Below are positions 48,165 through 55,403 of a DNA stretch of 58,068 bases, piece by piece. Location: the NCBI GenBank assembly GCA_016932135.1, contig JAFGDJ010000040.1, positions 1 through 58,068 on the forward strand, given 5' to 3'. Within the stretch, counting starts at the first letter, position 1, and every line of letters starts with the position of its first letter. This DNA is from Spirochaetales bacterium (GTDB lineage: Bacteria; Spirochaetota; Spirochaetia; JAFGDJ01). The translations under genes and the position numbers were made by a program. A model generated the notes under the pieces. It worked only from the letters and a program-made list of their open reading frames with translations, was not told the origin of the DNA and searched no databases.

Positions 48165-49018
48165 TACCGATCTCCTCCCAATTCCTCCAGAGCTCTCTTT
48201 AACTGGCCGGAATCCGGCGCCATACCATGCCATTCCCGAAGATCCTCCATGAAACTGACCCCCTTCCCCTTTACCGTGTCTGCGACGATGCAAACAGGTT
48301 TACTCCTGGTCGTACCGCGGGCCAGTTCCAGAGCCAACAGAACCTCTCTCATATCATGGCCATTAATTGAAAGGACCTCCCAACCGAAGGCCCGGAATTT
48401 TTCCTCAATTGAAGCCATGGGTAGAATTTTATCGGTATGACCGTCCATCTGTAGATGATTGTTGTCCACCAGGGCAATGAGGTTGCCCAGATGCCGTGCC
48501 GAAGCCGATGCCGCCGCCTCCCACACCTGGCCTTCCTGGATTTCTCCGTCGCCGAGCAGAACAAACACCTTGTAAGAGGCCCCAAGCATATTCCCTTCCA
48601 TGGCTATTCCGAGACCCATACTTAAGCCCTGGCCGAGAGAACCGGTAGTCATATCAAGACCGGGCGTTTTTCTCATATCGGGATGCCCCTGGAGAATGCT
48701 CTCGAACCGGCGAAGCGTTCCGAGGGCTTCCATGGGAAAGAAACCCCGCATGGCAAGGCAGGCATACACTACGGGACAGGCATGTCCCTTTGAAATGACA
48801 AACCGGTCACGAGCGGGCCAACGAGGTTCCTCCGGACGCAGGTTCATGATATCGAAATACAGAGCCGTAACCATGTCTGCCGCGGAAAGAGCGCCTCCCG
48901 GATGCCCGGATTGAGAAGCGTAAATCATTTTAACGATTTCTATTCTCACTTCTCTGGCCTTGTTTTCCAGGTAAGCAACCCGTTCATCCAGGGTTTTTAA
49001 AGACCCGTTATACTCCAT
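48164..49018 (-). CDS. Transketolase N-terminal (ThDP-binding) subunit
   Basis: SGHPGG, DRFVISKGH, LQGHP, GSLGQG, GDGEIQEG...N, WHG. Confidence 0.95.
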   Translation of the reverse strand: MEYNGSLKTLDERVAYLENKAREVRIEIVKMIYASQSGHPGGALSAADMVTALYFDIMNLRPEEPRWPARDRFVISKGHACPVVYACLAMRGFFPMEALGTLRRFESILQGHPDMRKTPGLDMTTGSLGQGLSMGLGIAMEGNMLGASYKVFVLLGDGEIQEGQVWEAAASASARHLGNLIALVDNNHLQMDGHTDKILPMASIEEKFRAFGWEVLSINGHDMREVLLALELARGTTRSKPVCIVADTVKGKGVSFMEDLREWHGMAPDSGQLKRALEELGGDR

Positions 49019-49889
49019 GATGTACCCTTTCCTTTAGCTTTTCGATAATGAAATCTCGACCCTGTCGGTAAGATGTTTCCACCAGGGCCGGCGGACAGAG
49101 AATCTCCAGGTCATAGGAGCCCGTGTAACCGTAAAGGTCCAGTTTTTCCAGAAGAAACGTCCAGTCAATGTTACCGGTACCGGGGATATCGGAACGATTT
49201 TCCGTTCCCCGGTTGTCACACAGATGGAGAGCCGCGACTCTTCCTTTGAACCAGGGAAGAATGTCGGTTACCGAAGAATCGGCGATAAAATGATGCCCCG
49301 TGTCATAAAGAAGATGTATATCCAGGGCTTCCAGCTCCCGGGGAATCTCGCCGTGTTCATGAAAAATTCGTGAAAGAATGCTGCCGGGCAGGATTTCCAG
49401 GGCGACCGTTCTTCCAAAGCTTCTAGCCACCGCCGCATATTCTTTCAGCGTAAAAATAAAAAGATCCCGGAGACTGACAGAGAAAGACTTGCCGTCTTGC
49501 AGGGCACCCAACGGAACAACCAGGGGAACCGTCGGCGGTAAAGCTTGAAGTTTTCCGCAGAGAGCCACCCAGTCCCGCATGGGAAGGGTGTCGGTCATGG
49601 ACCTCTCCGAAGTAAACAGATGTATAAGAAAGTGAGCGACGAAGGCACTGATCCTCATTCCCCGTTCACCTAGGTCTTCCATGATTGTGTACAGACCATC
49701 ACCTGACCAGTCACCAAGCTGTTCCCGGTGGTACACCTCGAGCTGCAGAACCTGAAATCCCCACCGGTCAAGAAGCTTTATACCTTCCCTAACCTGTTCA
49801 AGGGTAAAATGCTGGGAAAACAGGGAAACCCAAAAAGCCGGGGATACCCCAAAGCTGTTGTTTTCCATCACAGATGCAATATTTTGCAT
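49008..49889 (-). CDS. Sugar phosphate isomerase/epimerase (AP_endonuc_2 TIM barrel)
   Basis: E-D-H-E metal set: ALEILP, LYDTGH, LHLCDN, PGTGNIDW, DLEI. Start is ATG49889 (leaderless) or ATG49868. Confidence 0.82.
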   Translation of the reverse strand: MQNIASVMENNSFGVSPAFWVSLFSQHFTLEQVREGIKLLDRWGFQVLQLEVYHREQLGDWSGDGLYTIMEDLGERGMRISAFVAHFLIHLFTSERSMTDTLPMRDWVALCGKLQALPPTVPLVVPLGALQDGKSFSVSLRDLFIFTLKEYAAVARSFGRTVALEILPGSILSRIFHEHGEIPRELEALDIHLLYDTGHHFIADSSVTDILPWFKGRVAALHLCDNRGTENRSDIPGTGNIDWTFLLEKLDLYGYTGSYDLEILCPPALVETSYRQGRDFIIEKLKERVHHGV

Positions 49890-49893
49890 GCAA
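49884..49893. promoter_or_regulatory. Palindromic operator TTGCATGCAA (copy 1)
   Basis: Perfect palindrome overlapping the predicted leftward start site; identical copy 56 bp away. Confidence 0.65.
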
Positions 49894-49894
49894 T

Positions 49895-49924
49895 ATTTTA
49901 CACACAAGAAAAAGAATTTGTCAA
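49895..49924 (-). promoter_or_regulatory. sigma70-type promoter of the catabolic operon
   Basis: TTGACA(49924-49919), 18 nt, TAAAAT(49900-49895). Confidence 0.6.
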
Positions 49925-49937
49925 TGATTTTTTAAAA

Positions 49938-49951
49938 TTTTGCATGCAAAA
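49938..49951. promoter_or_regulatory. Palindromic operator TTTTGCATGCAAAA (copy 2)
   Basis: 14-bp perfect palindrome between the two divergent -35 boxes. Confidence 0.65.
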
Positions 49952-49955
49952 AACA

Positions 49956-49984
49956 TTGACCGAAGGAATATTTACGAGTACTAT
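49956..49984 (+). promoter_or_regulatory. sigma70-type promoter of the gntR-gntR-AEC operon (leaderless geometry)
   Basis: TTGACC, 17 nt, TACTAT, 6 nt, GTG49991. Confidence 0.65.
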
Positions 49985-49990
49985 ACCCTT

Positions 49991-50641
49991 GTGTACAAAA
50001 TTGAACGGGAAGATCTGGCTGAAAAAGCTTATGAAGCCCTGAAGCTCATGATCCTGCGGGGAGAGCTCCCTTCGGGGGAAAAATTGCTGCAGGAATCCCT
50101 GGCTGAAAACCTGGGAATTTCACGCACCCCTCTTTGTTCCGCTCTGGCAAAACTGGAAAAGGAGATGCTGGTCACCTCCCTTCCGCGAAGAGGATTTTAT
50201 GTAAACCGTTTGAGCCTTAAGGAACTCCTGGACATCTATGACATCAGACTCCGCCTCGAACCCCTGGGAGCCGGGGAAGCGGCGGAAAGGGCTTCAGCGT
50301 CCCAAATTGCAGATCTGGAGTCTGCGGTTAACCCACCAGCCCTAGCCGGGGTAACGGAAAACTACCGTAGTTTCAAGGAATACGATTACCGTTTTCATTC
50401 CCTGGTTATGGAAATAAGCGGAAATTCCTTTTTATCCCGGATGATCCGGTCCTTCAACATCATATCTTTAGGAAACATGCAACATTTTTTCAAAAGTCCC
50501 GAACAAAGCATTGCGGAACATCGTTCGTTGATAGAAGCGATAAAACACCACGACAAGACTGCCGCCGAAAAAACAATGTACACCCACATTGTTCATGCCA
50601 GACAGGTCATAGAGAAAAAGCTGCGGGAAGAGAATGGATAA
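49991..50641 (+). CDS. GntR-family regulator (FCD domain), copy 1
   Basis: LAENLGISRTPL wHTH; RLRLE, DYRFH, SGN, EHRSLIEAI, HI. GTG start chosen from promoter geometry. Confidence 0.93.
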   Translation: MYKIEREDLAEKAYEALKLMILRGELPSGEKLLQESLAENLGISRTPLCSALAKLEKEMLVTSLPRRGFYVNRLSLKELLDIYDIRLRLEPLGAGEAAERASASQIADLESAVNPPALAGVTENYRSFKEYDYRFHSLVMEISGNSFLSRMIRSFNIISLGNMQHFFKSPEQSIAEHRSLIEAIKHHDKTAAEKTMYTHIVHARQVIEKKLREENG

Positions 50642-51290
50642 GCTTAAAAAGGACAGCCTCACCGAACTGGTATACACAAAAATAACCGATATGATCCTGA
50701 ATAAGGACCTGGTTCCCGGTGATAAACTCGTCATCAAAGACCTGGCAAATCTCCTGGGAGTAAGCCAAACCCCCGTTAAAGCCGCCGTGCAACGACTGGT
50801 TCATGAAGGTGTGGCGGAACAACAGAATTCCTCGGGAACCTATCTGAAGGTTTTCTCTAACCGGGATATGGAACATCTTTACGCGGTCCGAGCCGGTTTG
50901 GAAAGTGTATCCTTGCGCTTATGTATGGAACGGTTCGAACCAAAAGAAATCGAGGCAATAACATCGGTCTTCGATATCTTTCAGGACGATAAACCTATCG
51001 ATCCGGTACAATATCAACAGGTGGATCGTCGTTTCCATGAAAAAATTCTGCTTCTTTCAAACAACCCTATAATCATCGATTTCATCCGTAATTTTGATTT
51101 TGTTCTTAAATGCTATCAACTCGGTCTTTTACGGCCGCCGGAAGAAACCCTGCCGGAACACCGGGAAATCATAGGATCAATCAGAAACGGTGACATCGAC
51201 AAGGCCTGCAGATTGCTGATGCATCACCACCTGCGGACAAAAAACGCCCTGGCCGCTTCAGGAGTCCAGGAACGTCAAAGCCCTGAATGA
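50634..51290 (+). CDS. GntR-family regulator (FCD domain), copy 2
   Basis: LANLLGVSQTPVK wHTH; RAGLE, DRRFH, SNN, EHREII, HHL; overlaps copy 1 by 8 nt. Confidence 0.93.
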   Translation: MDKLKKDSLTELVYTKITDMILNKDLVPGDKLVIKDLANLLGVSQTPVKAAVQRLVHEGVAEQQNSSGTYLKVFSNRDMEHLYAVRAGLESVSLRLCMERFEPKEIEAITSVFDIFQDDKPIDPVQYQQVDRRFHEKILLLSNNPIIIDFIRNFDFVLKCYQLGLLRPPEETLPEHREIIGSIRNGDIDKACRLLMHHHLRTKNALAASGVQERQSPE

Positions 51291-52258
51291 TCAGGTTCCT
51301 GCTTCCCATCATCCTTATACCCGCCGGCATCATAACCGGGTATGCTCTTCAAGGGGTATTGAAGAAAAAATATGATACTTCCTCCGTGCGAACAGGAATC
51401 CAGAAAATCACCCTTCTATCACTGAACCCTATAACCTTCCTTGGGGCAATATGGATAGCTCCGTTAAGCAGCGTGAAGGTCCTGTCCATGCCCCTGATCG
51501 GAGCCTTCTCCCTTTCCTTCGGAGGACTCCTGGCCTTCCTTGTTGCCTTGCTGATACACCTAGGCAGGAAACAGAGGGGTTCCTTCATTACCCTGGGAGC
51601 TTTTACAAATATTGGATCCTTGGGAGGTCTTGTAGTATTCAGTCTGCTGGGTGAAGCTGGTTTTGCCCTGGTTCCTTTCTATAAACTCCTGGAAGAAGTC
51701 ATGTACTACGGTATCGGTTTTCCCGTAGCCCGGCTTCATAGCGACACCCCCGACGCCGGGGGCAGATTCCGGCTTCTGGAGCGCATGAAAGACCCCTTCA
51801 TGATCGCGGCCCTGAGCGGCGTTTCTCTCGGTTTGATTCTGAATCTTTCCGGCATTCCCCGGCCTGCCTGGTATGCCGGTTTGAACGGTATCCTTATCCC
51901 CCTGGTATCCTTCCTTCTTCTCGTCTCCATTGGTATGGCTATGAAGCTTCAAAACCTTCGGCGCTATTGGCATTCCGGTCTTTACCTCATGCTGATCAAA
52001 TATCTTCTCGTGCCGGCGGGGGCAACCTTCCTGGCCTGGATCTCCGAGCTGGGCACCATTATGGACGGCCTTCCATTACGGGTCGTTTTTATACTTTCCT
52101 CAATGCCCAGCGGTTTTATTTCCCTGATACCGCCCAGCCTTTATAACCTTGATCTCGATTACGCGAATTCCTGCTGGCTCATCGTCATGGGAGGTCTGGG
52201 GCTGGCTCTTCCCTGGATAGCTTTTGCCGTACGCTTCCTTATACCGCTGATACCGTGA
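51287..52258 (+). CDS. AEC (auxin efflux carrier / malate permease-like) family transporter
   Basis: 10-TM two-repeat layout with FTNIGSLG and SSMPSG crossover motifs, MKDPFM, LVSIG, IKYLLVP. Confidence 0.75.
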   Translation: MIRFLLPIILIPAGIITGYALQGVLKKKYDTSSVRTGIQKITLLSLNPITFLGAIWIAPLSSVKVLSMPLIGAFSLSFGGLLAFLVALLIHLGRKQRGSFITLGAFTNIGSLGGLVVFSLLGEAGFALVPFYKLLEEVMYYGIGFPVARLHSDTPDAGGRFRLLERMKDPFMIAALSGVSLGLILNLSGIPRPAWYAGLNGILIPLVSFLLLVSIGMAMKLQNLRRYWHSGLYLMLIKYLLVPAGATFLAWISELGTIMDGLPLRVVFILSSMPSGFISLIPPSLYNLDLDYANSCWLIVMGGLGLALPWIAFAVRFLIPLIP

Positions 52259-52292
52259 AAACCCGGCTCTTCCAGGTAGCCGCTCCAATGCT

Positions 52293-52321
52293 TTGACTAA
52301 AATGTCTTTTTTCGATATACT
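52293..52321 (+). promoter_or_regulatory. sigma70-type promoter of the carD operon (leaderless geometry)
   Basis: TTGACT, 17 nt, TATACT, 7 nt, ATG52329; no SD. Confidence 0.7.
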
Positions 52322-52328
52322 ACTTTCC

Positions 52329-52835
52329 ATGAAATCCAACCAAAAGACAACCACCACGTTCAAGGTTAACCAGGAAGTCGTATACCCGTTACAGGGCGTG
52401 GGCAAGGTTCTCAATATAGAAAAAAAGCTCTTCAAGGATGAAGAAGTACTCTATTACATCATCTATCTCGAGGTATCGGACATGACCGTTATGGTCCCGG
52501 TGGACAAGGCTGAAGGGCTGGGTATCAGGGCCATCGTCAGCAGCAAGGAATCGATGAAAGCCCTGGACCTGGTGTCTCAGGACTATGAACCGGTCACCGC
52601 CGATTGGAAAATGCGGTACCAGATGAACCTGGACCTCTTGAAAAGCGGTAGTGTCCTGGATATCGCTACGGTAGTACGGACCCTCTATCATCGAAGCAAG
52701 GTCAAGGAACTACCTATCCTGGAGCGGAAACTTTTTGACAGTGCTTTGAAACTCCTGGTGGATGAAATATCCTTCTCCCTCAATAAAAGTAAAGAGGATG
52801 TGGAAGAGCTGATCTTCAGCAAAATGGAATCATAA
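52329..52835 (+). CDS. carD: CarD/CdnL RNA polymerase-binding regulator
   Basis: FKVNQEVVYPLQGVG, MVPV...GIR, conserved Trp in DWKMRY, ERKLF. Confidence 0.93.
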   Translation: MKSNQKTTTTFKVNQEVVYPLQGVGKVLNIEKKLFKDEEVLYYIIYLEVSDMTVMVPVDKAEGLGIRAIVSSKESMKALDLVSQDYEPVTADWKMRYQMNLDLLKSGSVLDIATVVRTLYHRSKVKELPILERKLFDSALKLLVDEISFSLNKSKEDVEELIFSKMES

Positions 52836-52837
52836 AA

Positions 52838-53524
52838 ATGGAATCCTCCGGTACTTTCGCGGCTCTTATCACCGCCGCCGGCCGCAGCACCAGAATGGGG
52901 GATGGAATTAAAAAAGAATACCGTCGCGTGAACGGCCTCCCCCTTCTTTCTCGGATTTACCAACAATTCACAGCTTCGGGTCTTTTTACCTTTTTCGTGA
53001 TAACCTGCCCCCCCGGCGACGAAGACGCCGTCGGCACCCTGCTGAATCTATCTGCGAACCAAGAGGATACCCGGATCATCGCCGGCGGCGACACCCGGCA
53101 AGACTCGGTGCTGGCCGGGCTCGCGGCCATGGCTATGGTCGACCCGGACTATGTACTGATCCACGACGGCAGCAGGCCCTGGGTATCCCCCGAACTGGTT
53201 ACCCGGGTCTGCGAAGGAACCAGAGCCTGGGGAGCCTGTATCCCTGTCGTTCCCGCCGTGGATACCCTGGCTGCCCTGGATGAAAACGGGAGTGTAGCCG
53301 GCTGGCCCGATCGGCAGGGAGTATACCTGGTGCAGACGCCCCAGGGATTCAGGTTTACCGAGTTGTATGAGGCTCATCGTAAGGCCTCTTCCGACGGCCT
53401 TACATATCACGACGACTCGGAGATCTACGGCCGTTACGTGGGAGGGGTCAAGACAGTCCCCGGAGACCCTGCCAACCGGAAGATAACCTACCCGGGAGAT
53501 TTACCGGAATCCGCAATACTTTAA
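52838..53524 (+). CDS. ispD: 2-C-methyl-D-erythritol 4-phosphate cytidylyltransferase
   Basis: AAGRSTRM, GGDTRQDSV, IHDGSRP, QTPQGF, KITYPGD. Confidence 0.95.
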   Translation: MESSGTFAALITAAGRSTRMGDGIKKEYRRVNGLPLLSRIYQQFTASGLFTFFVITCPPGDEDAVGTLLNLSANQEDTRIIAGGDTRQDSVLAGLAAMAMVDPDYVLIHDGSRPWVSPELVTRVCEGTRAWGACIPVVPAVDTLAALDENGSVAGWPDRQGVYLVQTPQGFRFTELYEAHRKASSDGLTYHDDSEIYGRYVGGVKTVPGDPANRKITYPGDLPESAIL

Positions 53525-53540
53525 CGAAAGGAAGGTTGCT

Positions 53541-54014
53541 GTGAGAATAGGTTTGGGATACGACCTCCATCGACTGACCGAGGGGAGACCCCTGATGATC
53601 GGCTGTGTCCTGGTGCCGCACACCAAGGGTGAAGAGGCCCATTCCGATGGAGACGTGCTGACCCACGCCCTGATCGACGCCCTGCTGGGAGCCGCCGGCG
53701 AAGGCGATATCGGCACCCATTTCCCCCCCGGAGACCCGGCTTGGAAAAACGCTTCGGGAGAGAAGCTGTTGAAACTGACCGCCGGAGTCATCGCGCGAAA
53801 AGGGTATGCCTGCCGGCAGGTCGATTCGGTGGTGATCCTGCAGGAACCGAAGCTGCAGCCTTATATCAGCGTTATGAGAAACCGGCTGGCGGAGCTCCTG
53901 GACCTTTCCAGAGAGGATGTCACCGTTAAGGCGAAAACCAAGGAAGGCTGCGGAGAGGTGGGTTCAGGGAACGCGGTGGAAGCCTACGCCCTAGTACTGC
54001 TGGAAAAGAAGTGA
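53541..54014 (+). CDS. ispF: 2-C-methyl-D-erythritol 2,4-cyclodiphosphate synthase
   Basis: RIGLGYDLH, HSDGDV, GDIGTHFP, KAKTKE. Confidence 0.97.
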   Translation: MRIGLGYDLHRLTEGRPLMIGCVLVPHTKGEEAHSDGDVLTHALIDALLGAAGEGDIGTHFPPGDPAWKNASGEKLLKLTAGVIARKGYACRQVDSVVILQEPKLQPYISVMRNRLAELLDLSREDVTVKAKTKEGCGEVGSGNAVEAYALVLLEKK

Positions 54015-54670
54015 ACACACCGATTCCCTGGGATACCGTCATACCCATCATCCGCGCTACCGTGGGAAACACACCCCTGCCGTCGGTCTCTGAAATAGCA
54101 GTGGGGAAAAAAGACCCCTTCAGAATTCTGGTTTCCACAATGATATCCCCCCGCACCAAGGATGAAGTAACCCTGGCAGCCTCGGAGCGCCTGTTTCGCC
54201 GGGCCGACACGCCCGAGGCGATGGCGGAATTAACCGAGGAGGAAATCGGCTCCCTTATCTTCCCCGCCGGGTTTTACCGTGTAAAAGCCCGGTATATTCT
54301 CGAAACCTCCCGAAAGCTGATAGAAGATTACTCAGGCCGCGTACCTTCCACCTTGAAAGACCTGTTAAACCTTCCTGGAGTAGGATTAAAGATAGCAAAC
54401 CTGACCTTAAGCCTTGGGTTTGATATCGACGCGATTTGTGTGGATATTCATGTTCACCGGATTTCCAACCGCAACGGCTGGGTGGCAACAAAAACACCGG
54501 AAGAAACGGAAAAAGAGCTTTCAAAAATCCTGCCGAAGCGCTATTGGAGGGAAATCAACGAACTCCTGGTGCGCTTTGGAAAAACCGTGTGCACTCCCGT
54601 GTCACCCTTCTGCGGGACCTGCGGACTGAAGGACCGGTGCCCCCGGGTGGGGATAACCAGGTCCCGCTGA
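54011..54670 (+). CDS. nth: Endonuclease III (HhH-GPD, 4Fe-4S)
   Basis: LPGVGLKIAN, VDIHVHR, C-x6-C-x2-C-x5-C. Confidence 0.95.
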   Translation: MNTPIPWDTVIPIIRATVGNTPLPSVSEIAVGKKDPFRILVSTMISPRTKDEVTLAASERLFRRADTPEAMAELTEEEIGSLIFPAGFYRVKARYILETSRKLIEDYSGRVPSTLKDLLNLPGVGLKIANLTLSLGFDIDAICVDIHVHRISNRNGWVATKTPEETEKELSKILPKRYWREINELLVRFGKTVCTPVSPFCGTCGLKDRCPRVGITRSR

Positions 54671-54680
54671 CCGGGGACGA

Positions 54681-55391
54681 TTATTCCTCAATTTCCGCGA
54701 TAAGAAGGGTTTTAGGATCAAGCCGCAGGTTCATATCCCTGACATCCACGGTATCCCTATCCTTCACCACCTGAAGATGCACATATCCTTCAATGAAACG
54801 CAGGGTTACCAGCACGGCGATGGCATCCAGGTAGGGTAGCACAACCCGCGGAAGCCCCCGGTCGTCGAAGAGGGGCTCTTCACCCTTCAGGCTGAGGCTG
54901 AACCATATCTCCAGGTTGGTTTCCCGGGCGAAATCGCCGATGGCCTTGATATCTTCCGATGTGGCAATATCGATATCATACCCGTCAAAGATAACACAAT
55001 CCGCGGCAAAGTGGCCGTCCTTGATCATGGCTCTCAGGCTCTGCAGAATGTGTTCGGTTCCCATTCCCTTCTGATTGAAGTTCATGATGATCCTTTTCTT
55101 CACCAGTTCATCATGAACCTCCACGGCGGACTCCAGGTTCCTTTTGCGGGAGATCTCTCTGAAAATATCCTCATACCAGGTAATGATATGATCTACCCGG
55201 GCGGAAAAGGAAACATGCAGAACCTGTTTGTCCTGCAATAATTTATCCGTGGCTATATGTACCAAACAGGCGGTCTTGCCGACACCCTTGCGTGAAGCGA
55301 TAACACCGATGTTACCCTTGCCAAGACCACCGTGGATAGATTTTTCAAAAATTCGTAGAGGGCTGCGCCGTATGAGCTCGGATTTTACCAT
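54681..55391 (-). CDS. RecA/KaiC/DnaB-superfamily P-loop ATPase of unknown function
   Basis: GGLGKGNIGVIASRKGVGKT (Walker A), VLHVSF, VIFDG (Walker B), VVKDR; SD AAGGAG; 12 nt after fusA. Confidence 0.8.
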   Translation of the reverse strand: MVKSELIRRSPLRIFEKSIHGGLGKGNIGVIASRKGVGKTACLVHIATDKLLQDKQVLHVSFSARVDHIITWYEDIFREISRKRNLESAVEVHDELVKKRIIMNFNQKGMGTEHILQSLRAMIKDGHFAADCVIFDGYDIDIATSEDIKAIGDFARETNLEIWFSLSLKGEEPLFDDRGLPRVVLPYLDAIAVLVTLRFIEGYVHLQVVKDRDTVDVRDMNLRLDPKTLLIAEIEE

Positions 55392-55403
55392 CTGATATAC
55401 TCC

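Noticed and set aside
46222-49018. Direct assignment as the D-apiose (apsI/aptAB) or sulfoquinovose (sqwGH) pathway
   Set aside because: No apulose kinase, sulfoquinovosidase or sulfoacetaldehyde reductase recognised; cannot be fully excluded without a similarity search.
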